From Planctomycetota bacterium (GTDB lineage: Bacteria; Planctomycetota; Planctomycetia; JALXBF01): DNA of 64,000 nucleotides. Made by a program: the position numbers and the translations under genes. Below the pieces are notes generated by a model, which was not told the origin of the DNA, did not search any database, and was given only the letters and a program-made list of their open reading frames with translations. The stretch spans positions 1 through 64,000 of the forward strand of contig JALXBF010000116.1 of assembly GCA_026991575.1 (NCBI GenBank). Direction: 5' to 3'. Shown piece by piece: positions 1 to 8,938 of the stretch. Position 1 is the stretch's first letter. The number at the start of each line of letters is the position of its first letter.

Positions 1-667
1 CGCCACGCTGCGCCGTCATCCGCCCCTGCATCCCGCCACGGATCCATTCGGAGAAAGCTGCCGTTAGGGCCGTTCCGTCAACGATGTCTCGCAGACCGAT
101 CGGCTTATTGAAGCCATGGTCCCACCCTGGCCGGTACGTGATGCCGTTAGCCTTCCAGTTGTTGTAATAGGTCTCCGTTCCGTGGTTCGGGGCGTAGTTC
201 TGCGAGGTTGCGTACGGGAAGGAATGATCGAAGTGAGGGTCGGACGGACACAGGTAGACCTCGATCCGGCTCTTGCGCAGCGTCGCGTTGGGATCGTTCG
301 CCCAGTTCCAGGGCGGTTCGCCGAAGGCACGCAGGTCGAGGTTGGCAGCGTTGTAGATGTCGGCCCGGTCCAAGTAGGGCAGCAAGAACACCTTCATGCT
401 CCACATGGTCTCCCCGCCAGGCCCGGTGATCTGATTCCAGCGGCGGTAGCGAAGGGTGCCGTCAGGTGGGAAGTAGCCATGGACCTGGTGGTAATTGTGG
501 AGTGCCAGGCCTATCTGCTTCAGGTTGTTCTGACATTGAGCACGACGCGCTGCCTCCCGCGCCATCTGGACCGCCGGAAGCAACAGTGCAATCAAGACCG
601 CAATGATGGCAATTACGACCAAGAGCTCGATGAGCGTGAAGCCAGAAGGGGATCGTCTCCACCTCAT
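1..667 (-). CDS. DUF1559 family prepilin-type N-terminal cleavage/methylation domain protein (3' end runs off window)
   Basis: Manual translation from ATG at 667: MRWRRSPSGFTLIELLVVIAIIAVLIALLLPAVQMAREAARRAQCQNNLKQIGLALHNYH, the hallmark planctomycete DUF1559 N-terminus; GGAG RBS upstream. Not in the ORF track because the stop lies outside the window. Confidence 0.95.
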   Translation of the reverse strand, partial: MRWRRSPSGFTLIELLVVIAIIAVLIALLLPAVQMAREAARRAQCQNNLKQIGLALHNYHQVHGYFPPDGTLRYRRWNQITGPGGETMWSMKVFLLPYLDRADIYNAANLDLRAFGEPPWNWANDPNATLRKSRIEVYLCPSDPHFDHSFPYATSQNYAPNHGTETYYNNWKANGITYRPGWDHGFNKPIGLRDIVDGTALTAAFSEWIRGGMQGRMTAQRG

Positions 668-758
668 AGCTCTACTCCCTAACCCCTAGACAAACACGCT
701 GCCCACACTTGCCCGGACGGGCCTGTTGACTGGATGGGCATGCCCACAGCACGGCGTC

Positions 759-787
759 ATTATAGCTGACCCGCCACATGCGCTCAA
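759..787 (-). promoter_or_regulatory. sigma70-type promoter for the DUF1559 gene
   Basis: TTGAGC-N17-TATAAT on the minus strand, about 90 bp upstream of the ATG. Confidence 0.6.
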
Positions 788-933
788 TCCCCCCTCGCGG
801 CTGCCTTGGAGCGAGGCCCACAAGCGCTTGCCAAACAAACACGCCGACACCGGCAGGAAAGGGCCATTGCCACAAACGGGCGTGTGGCAACATGCGCATG
901 GCCGCACAGCACCGCTTGTGCCAGCGAGCCGGA

Positions 934-1677
934 CTACGGGGCGCCACGTAGCCAGCGCCGCAGCAGTGCTCGTCGGCTACGGTCCAATGCCACCCCGATG
1001 TTGCGGTCACGGCCCCCGCTGGTGTGGATGGCAACGAGCAGTCGAGTACGCGTCGTAGGAGAGTACAGCCATAGCGGCGCACCGCTCTGGCCATAGTAGC
1101 TGTCAGCTGTATGCACCAGCCGGCCTGCACGCGCTTCCAGAACGGTTCCCAACGACCAGTACTGCACCCTCCCCTTCAGCTCCACCGGCGTGTCGGGCCG
1201 GTCAACAGGATAGCCGGCAAGGTTAATCAGAGCACCCCGCAAACTTGCCGGTCGCAGCCGGCCAAGCCGAAACCACCCCCGGCTGTAACCGAGCGGGATG
1301 TTCAGATGGACCAGGGCAAAGTCGAAATCGGATTGCCATCGGGTCTGCCACTGGTTCGGCAGGTGTACTCGGGTCGCTTCGGCCGACCCCCCTCGCCTAT
1401 CGTGGTCGCCCCTTCCTGGGGTCAAGCTCACCCGCCGGGCCAGACCTCCGAGCCGCATATCGTGCACGCAGTGTGCGGCCGTCAATGCAACCGATGGACC
1501 GATTAGTGCCGCCGTCCCCGTGAGACTTGCTCCTGACGGAAAAACTGCCTCCAGACGGCAGATCGCGGACCAGGGAAACCTATCGACGTCGCGCACTGGC
1601 AATCGATCGTCGATCCCAAGAACCGATTCCGGAACGGCCGTCCGGGTCAATCGTGCTGAACGAAGTTGACTGGTCAT
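934..1677 (-). CDS. V8/glutamyl endopeptidase-like trypsin-family serine protease
   Basis: SVLGIDDR mature-type N-terminus, TAAHC (His), DFALV (Asp), GYP, DSYYGQSGAP (Ser), AIHT; GAGGGG RBS. Confidence 0.9.
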   Translation of the reverse strand: MTSQLRSARLTRTAVPESVLGIDDRLPVRDVDRFPWSAICRLEAVFPSGASLTGTAALIGPSVALTAAHCVHDMRLGGLARRVSLTPGRGDHDRRGGSAEATRVHLPNQWQTRWQSDFDFALVHLNIPLGYSRGWFRLGRLRPASLRGALINLAGYPVDRPDTPVELKGRVQYWSLGTVLEARAGRLVHTADSYYGQSGAPLWLYSPTTRTRLLVAIHTSGGRDRNIGVALDRSRRALLRRWLRGAP

Positions 1678-1904
1678 GCTGCGGTCCCCCCTCGAACCGC
1701 CGCCCGGAGCGCCGCCCCAGAAACCATAGCTTGCGGGAACGGCCGAGGACGGCTGCCGGACCAGCCCGTCCCTGCGATGGCCGCACGCACGCGCAAAAGC
1801 TGCGACCCACCGGTCGCCCGGGCTCGCACGGGCCGGATCGCCGTGTGCTGACGGTGCCGAGTGCCGCCTCTACATCGGGTTGGGACAGCCGAAAACAGAG
1901 AATG

Positions 1905-4900
1905 CTATCGATGGCTGATCTGACCCGGGGGGCCGTGGTAGCGAGTGTTGTACTTACGGTGCAACCGGCGAACGGCTTCGGCATTGCGGGGCGATTCGCC
2001 CGGTTTCGGCGGGTAGGAGCTCATGCCCCGGAACGGCAGGGGGTCGACTGTCAGCGGGCATACCGTCAGCGGATCTGCTGATTTGCAGAACCCTACGGTG
2101 CGCACTACGTACGTCCGCCGCCAGCCATCGGGCAGCTCGGGCACCGACTCGGCCGGAAAACCGATCTCCAGGGCATCGCCCGCCCCGAAGATCACGAACG
2201 CGTCGTCGGCCTTGGCCAACAGCTCGGTCACGTCGCCGTAGCGGGTGTAGTAGCCGAACTGCCGCACCAACGGGGCGGGATCCGTGCGATGGTAGTCAAA
2301 CACGGTAGGCCAACGGCCGTCAGGACTGTATTCGGTCAGGTGCCCTTTGTAGAAGAGCCGGCTCTTTGTCGGAAGCAACCTGGTGACCCGGATCGTTTCT
2401 CGAGCATCGCGGTCCGCAATGGCCAGCCACGCCGCGTCCCAGTACACCTGGACGTTCGTCCGGACGCGCAGCTCAACCTCGCGGCCCGTCGGCACCTTGC
2501 CGGTCAGCTCCACGGTCATCAGCTTCGGCGAGCCGGCCGGAATGCCTGCTACGGGAACGATCGTCTGCCACTCTCCCTGTTCGGTGCGCAATTCGATGGA
2601 CGGCATCGTCAGCGTTATGCCGGCGGTGGCCGCCGCATAGTTGGTGTCCGAGAAGGCGTACTCCACCCAGCCGTGCAAGCACAGGAACAACCGCTGGTCA
2701 GGATCGATCCGGGGTACCGCGAAGGCCATCGTGACGCTGTGTTCCTCGGCGTACCCAGGCCAGACTGTGCGAAGGTGAAACTGGTCCACCGCCCTACGAT
2801 CGGGACGTTGGAGCACGGCGGTCACGTCCTGGCCTCGGTGGGTCATTGCTCGCTTTGGCTGGATGAGCTGGCGGAATAGCAGCAGCTCGCCGGTGGCCCG
2901 GAAGCCTTCTGGCGCGAACCGCTCGTCGGGCGCAACAACCGTTCCGGACGGATGATCGATCACAAGCAACTCGACGTGGTCCAGGTAGCAGACTTCGTCC
3001 ATCGGTTCGGCAATCGCTATCCGATAGACGTCTTGGTCCGGGACCAGCTGGTCGGAGCGCACCAGAAGGAGCTCTTCGGGATCAGGCTTGTTGTATACGC
3101 CAGGCGCGAGCAAATAGCCAAGGCCACCACCACCCAAGAAGTCCGTGATGAACTCGTAGCGGCGCCCGTTCCACGTAAACAGCAGCGGGCAGGAGACGGA
3201 CTTGCGCCGCACCTGTCGGATTATGTGTAGTTCGTTAGCAGCCAGGCCGACTTCCGCCTGCAAGGTGTTATCGGGCCAGCGCATCCGAATGCCGTCCACT
3301 TCGCTGTAACCGTCCAGCCCGAAAGTCAACGGCTCGTGCGTGGCGCAGCCGCTGCCCACTGTCGGGCGTAGCTCGGTCAACGCGTACACATCACCTGCCA
3401 GCACGATCACGCGTATTCCCGTACCGTCGGCCGGCGTTCGCATCTCCAGACCGTCGTCGCGGACCCCTGTGAAGCGGATCTTCACCCAATTGCTGGCGTT
3501 GCCCTCGGTTTTCTGGCCCACCAGGCCATGCCCCGGAACGAAGCCGACCAGTTCAGCGAAGCCGTTTCCGGTCAGGTCCGACGCCACCAGAGAAGCCGCC
3601 TTCAGCGGCTGGCCGTCGGCGGTAAGGAAAGCTGGCAAGGCGGCGCCGAAGACCTGCAGCTTGCCGCTCTCGTCCGCGCGCAACAGCACTGGTTTCCCGT
3701 CCTGCAAGGCGACAGCGTCCCAGTTGCCGTCGAGGTCGAAGTCGAGCACACGGGGCTGAATGAGCGAAACGCCCTCGTGAACCGGTTTCCAGGTCAGTTT
3801 GCTCGGATCGACCGGATAATCGACCTTTGGCACCCGGCCCTGTCCGATGAGAATCGCGCCCTGCTCGGAACCGTCCGTAATGATCAGGTCACGAGCGTCG
3901 TCTTCATTCCAGTCCCAAACCAGCAGCGTTGCGAACGCTGCCGCCTTCGCCAGCGCCGCGCCCTGGAGCGGGCGGGCGGTAAAACGAAGCAAGCGATCGT
4001 TGTACAGAGCCACGCAACGCCCGTCGGCACTGAGCAGCACCAGGTCGACGTCGCGGTCGTTGTCGATGTCCGTGAACGTGACCGCTGCTGCTGGCGGTTG
4101 CCAGGACGGCCCCTGCTCGCTCAGTTCCTCGAACTCGGTGCTAAGGATCACGGGTCCCTTCTGCGAGCTGCCCGGCTTCGGTGCCGGAGCCACCACGCCG
4201 GGTCTGCCGACGTTGCGAAACACCTTAGCCGGTGCGTGATCGGGCAGCTCGCCGGACAAGAGGGACGCGGCCTGGCTCACGGAGCCGATGTTGACGACGA
4301 ACAAGTCCAGGTCGGCATCCAAGTCAAGGTCGACGAACACAGCCCCTGTGCTGATCTGCTCACCGCCTGCAACGCCTGCCTCGTCCGTTACGTCGACGAA
4401 CTTGCCTTTGTCGTTGCGGTACAGCCGGTTAGCCCCGATGTTGCAGAGGTACAGGTCCGGATCGAGGTCGTTGTCATAGTCGCCGATGGCGATGGCCAAC
4501 GTGAGCATACCGCCGGCAAGGCCTGCTTCGGCCGTGACATCGTGAAACTGGCCATCGCCGTCGTTGCGCAGCAGCAGATTGCCCAGTTGGCCGTCCCGAA
4601 CGACGGCACCGGCAAGAAACACGTCCAGGTCGCCGTCACCGTCGTAGTCGAACGTAGCCCAGGGAAAACCAAGTCGTTGCCGCGCGAACCCGAGAAGCTG
4701 CAACGGGTCGGAGCCCTCCAGATCCTTCCACCCAGCCCACCTCGTGCCCTCCGCCAGACTGACTGATAGCTCCTCCCAGGGCTCGTACAGCACGGGCCTG
4801 GAGCGTGAGGTGAGCGGGTCGACGGCAGCACGACCAATTGCGTTGGCGTAGGGCCCCATGTCGTCATACATGATCTTGGCTTGGACACCTTCTTTTGCCT

Positions 4901-5612
4901 CGTCGAGGAGCTTCTTCTGCGCCAGCAGCTTCTTGGCCTCGTCCGGTTGTCCGCTGAGCATTAGCAGCTGGGCCAGACCGTAGATTGCGGGCACGAAGAT
5001 GGGATTCAGTTCGACTGCTTTCTGGAACGCTTCCCTGGCCCTGGATCGGTCGGTGGCCATCAGGCAGTTGCCCAGCCAGTACCAGCCGTAGGAGTTCTCT
5101 GGATCGATGCGGGTTACTGCCTCGAAGTGCCTGGCCGCCTCATCCAGTTGTCCCAGGTGGTTCAAGATGATTCCCAGGCAGAAGTGGGCATAGACGTTCT
5201 CGGGGTCTGCCTGCAGGATTTCCCTCAGGATCTCCTGTGCCTCGTCCAGTGCGCCGGGCTTCTTTGGCTGATTCAACAGCGCGATGGCCAGGTTGATGCG
5301 CGGCGGTAGCCAGTCGGGCGCAAGCTCTATGGCCTTACGCAGCAGGACAACAGCCTCTGGAAAGCCCTTGTCGAACTGATCGATGTAAGCCGATGCTCGG
5401 GCATTCAGCCGAAGCGCCTCAACGTTGGACGTCGTCCAGCGGAACGCCGGCGCCGCCTCCTCCGCGGTTTGCTCTTTGCTCGGCCCCCCGCCTATGCCGC
5501 GATCGGTTTGCGGCGGTTCGGAACGGTTGCCGCAGCCGGCCAGAACGGTGAGCAGGAGGGCAGTCACTGCAGTCGTTATCCACTGGCGGGCAAGCAACAC
5601 AGTGCGTGCCAT
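1905..5612 (-). CDS. Lipoprotein with TPR repeats, FG-GAP/CRTAC1 repeats and ASPIC/UnbV domain
   Basis: Lipobox LAGC; TPR-like helices; DYDGDGDLD, DYDNDLDPDL and DLDLDADLDL motifs; UnbV-like 'LTFGL...IRMRWPD' followed by SCPLLFTWNG; start taken at ATG 5612. Confidence 0.9.
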   Translation of the reverse strand: MARTVLLARQWITTAVTALLLTVLAGCGNRSEPPQTDRGIGGGPSKEQTAEEAAPAFRWTTSNVEALRLNARASAYIDQFDKGFPEAVVLLRKAIELAPDWLPPRINLAIALLNQPKKPGALDEAQEILREILQADPENVYAHFCLGIILNHLGQLDEAARHFEAVTRIDPENSYGWYWLGNCLMATDRSRAREAFQKAVELNPIFVPAIYGLAQLLMLSGQPDEAKKLLAQKKLLDEAKEGVQAKIMYDDMGPYANAIGRAAVDPLTSRSRPVLYEPWEELSVSLAEGTRWAGWKDLEGSDPLQLLGFARQRLGFPWATFDYDGDGDLDVFLAGAVVRDGQLGNLLLRNDGDGQFHDVTAEAGLAGGMLTLAIAIGDYDNDLDPDLYLCNIGANRLYRNDKGKFVDVTDEAGVAGGEQISTGAVFVDLDLDADLDLFVVNIGSVSQAASLLSGELPDHAPAKVFRNVGRPGVVAPAPKPGSSQKGPVILSTEFEELSEQGPSWQPPAAAVTFTDIDNDRDVDLVLLSADGRCVALYNDRLLRFTARPLQGAALAKAAAFATLLVWDWNEDDARDLIITDGSEQGAILIGQGRVPKVDYPVDPSKLTWKPVHEGVSLIQPRVLDFDLDGNWDAVALQDGKPVLLRADESGKLQVFGAALPAFLTADGQPLKAASLVASDLTGNGFAELVGFVPGHGLVGQKTEGNASNWVKIRFTGVRDDGLEMRTPADGTGIRVIVLAGDVYALTELRPTVGSGCATHEPLTFGLDGYSEVDGIRMRWPDNTLQAEVGLAANELHIIRQVRRKSVSCPLLFTWNGRRYEFITDFLGGGGLGYLLAPGVYNKPDPEELLLVRSDQLVPDQDVYRIAIAEPMDEVCYLDHVELLVIDHPSGTVVAPDERFAPEGFRATGELLLFRQLIQPKRAMTHRGQDVTAVLQRPDRRAVDQFHLRTVWPGYAEEHSVTMAFAVPRIDPDQRLFLCLHGWVEYAFSDTNYAAATAGITLTMPSIELRTEQGEWQTIVPVAGIPAGSPKLMTVELTGKVPTGREVELRVRTNVQVYWDAAWLAIADRDARETIRVTRLLPTKSRLFYKGHLTEYSPDGRWPTVFDYHRTDPAPLVRQFGYYTRYGDVTELLAKADDAFVIFGAGDALEIGFPAESVPELPDGWRRTYVVRTVGFCKSADPLTVCPLTVDPLPFRGMSSYPPKPGESPRNAEAVRRLHRKYNTRYHGPPGQISHR

Positions 5613-5763
5613 GCCGGGTACTCCGTTGAGCAGGGCCAACCGTGGTTTGCTCAGCCATTTGTCTAAGGAACCGTACGGCGTCCGGAACAGACCCGTTCAA
5701 CCGCTAGAATTGCCCGAAACCGGCAAGCAGCGGCACGTGAGCTTATCGCGGGGCGTCCGACCG

Positions 5764-6939
5764 ATGGCGTGGTTACGGTTGCAATCGGTAACGAAGGTGT
5801 ATGCCGATGGGACCGTGGCCCTGCGCGGGTTGAGCCTGGCAGCGGCGCAGGGTGAGTTTCTCGTGCTGGTGGGCCCGTCCGGCTGCGGCAAGACCACAAC
5901 GCTCCGCTTGATCGCCGGCCTGGAGGAACCAACAGAAGGAGAGATTTGGCTCGGCGGCCGGTGTATCAACGGCTTGCCCCCCCGCAAGCGAGACGTGGCG
6001 ATGGTGTTCCAGAACTACGCCCTCTATCCGCACATGACCGTGTATGACAACCTTGCGTTCGGCTTGCGGATGCGCCGTCGGGAACTGGGACTGACGAAAG
6101 CCGAGATCGATCAACGCGTGCGTGACGTTGCCGAAATGCTGGGCATTGGACGGTTGCTGGACAAGAAGCCGGCTGCGCTCTCTGGCGGCGAGCGCCAGCG
6201 GGTGGCGTTAGGCCGAGCAATCGTGCGCCGCCCGGCGGTGTTCCTGTTCGACGAACCGTTATCGAACCTGGACGCGCAGCTTCGGGCCGAGGTCCGCCGC
6301 GACCTGAAGCGGTTGCATGCCGAGATTCAGACAACGATGGTCTACGTCACGCACGATCAGATCGAAGCAATGACGCTCGGTGATCGGGTGGCGGTTCTGC
6401 GGGATGGCCAGCTCCAGCAGGTGGGAACGCCGCAGCAGTTGTACGACCGGCCCGAGAACCTGTTCGTGGCCTGCTTCTTGGGCTCGCCGCGGATCAACAC
6501 CGTCGAGGGCGAGCTGGTGGTTGAGTCGGGCCGCGTCCAGTTCCGCTGCGGGGCGTTTCGGATGGACGTACCGCCAGGGCTGGTACCGGCGGACGTACCA
6601 CAGGGCGGTTGGAGGCTGGTGTGGGCAATTCGTCCGGAGCATATTTCCCTTGCGAGAGAAACGGGCAATAATTACAACGTAGCGGAAGGCACGGACCTGG
6701 CTGCCCGGGTCACGGTCGTGGAACCGTGGGGCCGGGAGCAGGTGTTGTATTGCGATTGTGGCGGGGTGGAGCTGACGGTTCTCTGCCCCGCGGCTCTGGC
6801 GGTCCGGCCGGGACAGCAGGTGCTGCTTCGGCCGCTGCTGACGGAATCGCTCTGGTTTGATCCGACGACGGGGCGGCGCATGGAGCTTGGCTGCCAGGCG
6901 CGGTCAGAGAAGGTGCCGGGGAACGGTATGACCGGGTAG
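5764..6939 (+). CDS. Sugar ABC transporter ATP-binding protein (MalK/UgpC/MsmX family)
   Basis: Walker A GPSGCGKTT, VFQNYALYPHM, LSGGERQRVALGRA, FLFDEPLSNLD, YVTHDQ, C-terminal TOBE-like region. Confidence 0.95.
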   Translation: MAWLRLQSVTKVYADGTVALRGLSLAAAQGEFLVLVGPSGCGKTTTLRLIAGLEEPTEGEIWLGGRCINGLPPRKRDVAMVFQNYALYPHMTVYDNLAFGLRMRRRELGLTKAEIDQRVRDVAEMLGIGRLLDKKPAALSGGERQRVALGRAIVRRPAVFLFDEPLSNLDAQLRAEVRRDLKRLHAEIQTTMVYVTHDQIEAMTLGDRVAVLRDGQLQQVGTPQQLYDRPENLFVACFLGSPRINTVEGELVVESGRVQFRCGAFRMDVPPGLVPADVPQGGWRLVWAIRPEHISLARETGNNYNVAEGTDLAARVTVVEPWGREQVLYCDCGGVELTVLCPAALAVRPGQQVLLRPLLTESLWFDPTTGRRMELGCQARSEKVPGNGMTG

Positions 6940-6987
6940 CTGCGTCAGAAGTTGTGGGGCGACGCACCGGCGGAGCAAGCTCGTCGG

Positions 6988-7022
6988 ACAGAAGTGGGAG
7001 CCTTCCTCCCACTTTTTTGTTT
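6988..7022 (+). terminator. Intrinsic-terminator hairpin upstream of nusA (rimP-leader-like attenuator)
   Basis: AAGTGGGAG-CCTTC-CTCCCACTT followed by TTTTGTTT. Confidence 0.7.
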
Positions 7023-7080
7023 GCCGCCCCTTGCCGTGGCCGCAGCGCACATGGCCTTGGATGCGGCCGGGAGAGCAACG

Positions 7081-8571
7081 ATGAACCATGAGTTGTTGCG
7101 AATCGTTGACGCGTTGCACCGCGAAAAGAACGTCGACAAGGAAACGATCTTTCGCGGCATTGAGGCAGCCCTGCTGGTGGCAGCGCGCAGACAATTTGAC
7201 GACCCCGAGCAGGTCAGCATTCGCATCGACCGGAAGACCGGGGAGATTATTGCTGAGTACCGCGGTGAGCGGTTCGAGCCGGAATTGCTCGGCCGGATCG
7301 CGGCCCAGACCTCCAAGCAGGTCATCCTGCAAAAGATCCGCGAGGCCGAGCGGGACATGCTGTACCGCGAGTACTCCGGAAGGATCGGCGAGCTGGTCCA
7401 GGGCACGGTCTCGCGGGTCGACCGAGCCGTGGTCAGCGTCACAATCGACCGGGCCGAAGCAATCCTGCCGCGGAGCGAGCAGATACCGGGCGATCGCTGG
7501 CGCCCCGGCCAGCCGGTGCGAGCGATCCTCAGCGAGGTCCGCCGGCAGAACAACCGGTTGCGCATCGTCCTGAGCCGTACGGACCCGAACTTCATCCGTC
7601 GGTTGTTCGAACGCGAGATTCCCGAAGTCGCAGACGGAATAATCCAGATCAAAGGAGTAGTCCGAGAGCCGGGCAAGCGGGCCAAGGTCGCCGTCGTCTC
7701 GGCAGACTCGCGCATCGACTGCGTCGGTGCCTGCGTCGGCGTACGCGGATCGCGGATCAAGAATGTCCTGGACGAGCTCAGCGGTGAAAAGATCGACATC
7801 GTCCGCTGGGCGGAAGCCCCCCAGGACTACATCGCCAGCGCTCTGCAGCCGGCCCAGGTCGACGAGGTGATGCTCTTTCCCACATTGGCCCGCGCCATCG
7901 TGCTGGTGTCCGAGGACCAGCTCAGTCAAGCAATCGGTGTCCGCGGGCTGAACGTCAAGCTCGCCTCCAGGTTGACCGGCTGGGACATCGAAATCATGAC
8001 GGCCGATGAACTGGAAGAAGAGGCGCGGCGAGCGGTGATCCGGTTCACCGCCCTGGAAGGCGTCACCCCCGAGCTGGCGGACCGGTTCATCGAGCACGGC
8101 ATCCTCAGCTACAACGACCTGACCGTGCTGGATCCGGAGGAGTTAGCCGAGATTGCTGAGATCGATCTCGATCGCGCGGCTACCATCCGCGACCAGGCGG
8201 AGCGCATGATCCGAGAAGGGGTCGATCCGGCCGCTGACGTGACGATCGAGGACGTCGTGCACCAGGGAGAGGCCGAGGCCCGGGCAGAGGAAAGTGAGGG
8301 CGGTGCGGGCGAGGAGCCTGCTGGTGGCGACCAGCCCACGGCCGCTGCTCCCGACACACCCGAAGGGCCTGCCGTCAGCACCGGAGAAGCAGCGGGCGAC
8401 AACGGGAATGCGGCAGCTATTGGCGGCGAGGCGGCTAGCGACGAGCACGCCTCTGGTGAGGCAGAGACAGCGGGCCAGAGTGCAGCGGCAGCGGACCAAG
8501 AGTCCGACCAGGATGCCGCACAGGAGCAAGAGCACGAGCAGCCAGCAACACCACCGGAGTCGTCAGGCTGA
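7081..8571 (+). CDS. nusA: Transcription termination/antitermination factor NusA
   Basis: MNHELLRIVDALHREK, GRIAAQTSKQVILQKIREAER, S1 and KH domains (REPGKRAKVAV, GACVGVRGSRIK, AIGVRGLNVKLASRLTGW), acidic tail. Confidence 0.97.
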   Translation: MNHELLRIVDALHREKNVDKETIFRGIEAALLVAARRQFDDPEQVSIRIDRKTGEIIAEYRGERFEPELLGRIAAQTSKQVILQKIREAERDMLYREYSGRIGELVQGTVSRVDRAVVSVTIDRAEAILPRSEQIPGDRWRPGQPVRAILSEVRRQNNRLRIVLSRTDPNFIRRLFEREIPEVADGIIQIKGVVREPGKRAKVAVVSADSRIDCVGACVGVRGSRIKNVLDELSGEKIDIVRWAEAPQDYIASALQPAQVDEVMLFPTLARAIVLVSEDQLSQAIGVRGLNVKLASRLTGWDIEIMTADELEEEARRAVIRFTALEGVTPELADRFIEHGILSYNDLTVLDPEELAEIAEIDLDRAATIRDQAERMIREGVDPAADVTIEDVVHQGEAEARAEESEGGAGEEPAGGDQPTAAAPDTPEGPAVSTGEAAGDNGNAAAIGGEAASDEHASGEAETAGQSAAAADQESDQDAAQEQEHEQPATPPESSG

Positions 8572-8938
8572 CGTGACGCAACAGGTAACGCTTTCGATTT
8601 GAAACGCTGCTATGCGGTACGATATAAAGGGGTGGATGTCAGTGTGGCCCTGGACGTGCGGCCCGCCACCGAACTGGGGCATCCCAGCAGACGGTCCCGT
8701 TCGGCGTGCCGTAGGACGATCCTGCCTGGGACCCTTTCCGACCAGCAACGGACGCAGTCACGGCTGAACGACTGGCCCCGCCCGCTACCGTACGCAGGCG
8801 TCTTCCATCCGGAACACCCGACATCGCCAACGCCTCTAACGGTCAGGCAAAGCAGGCCACCGGTGTGGTCCGTTCCGGATGATTCGCGACGGGCTTGCGC
8901 TTGAGGCCGACGATGTAGCGAGGGAGGACCAAAGAGTC

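Noticed and set aside
116..682. 188-aa plus-strand ORF
   Set aside because: Antisense shadow of the DUF1559 gene on the minus strand.
8599..8904. 101-aa ORF between nusA and infB as YlxR
   Set aside because: No R.C..C or GRGAY motifs; starts within a promoter-like AT-rich patch.
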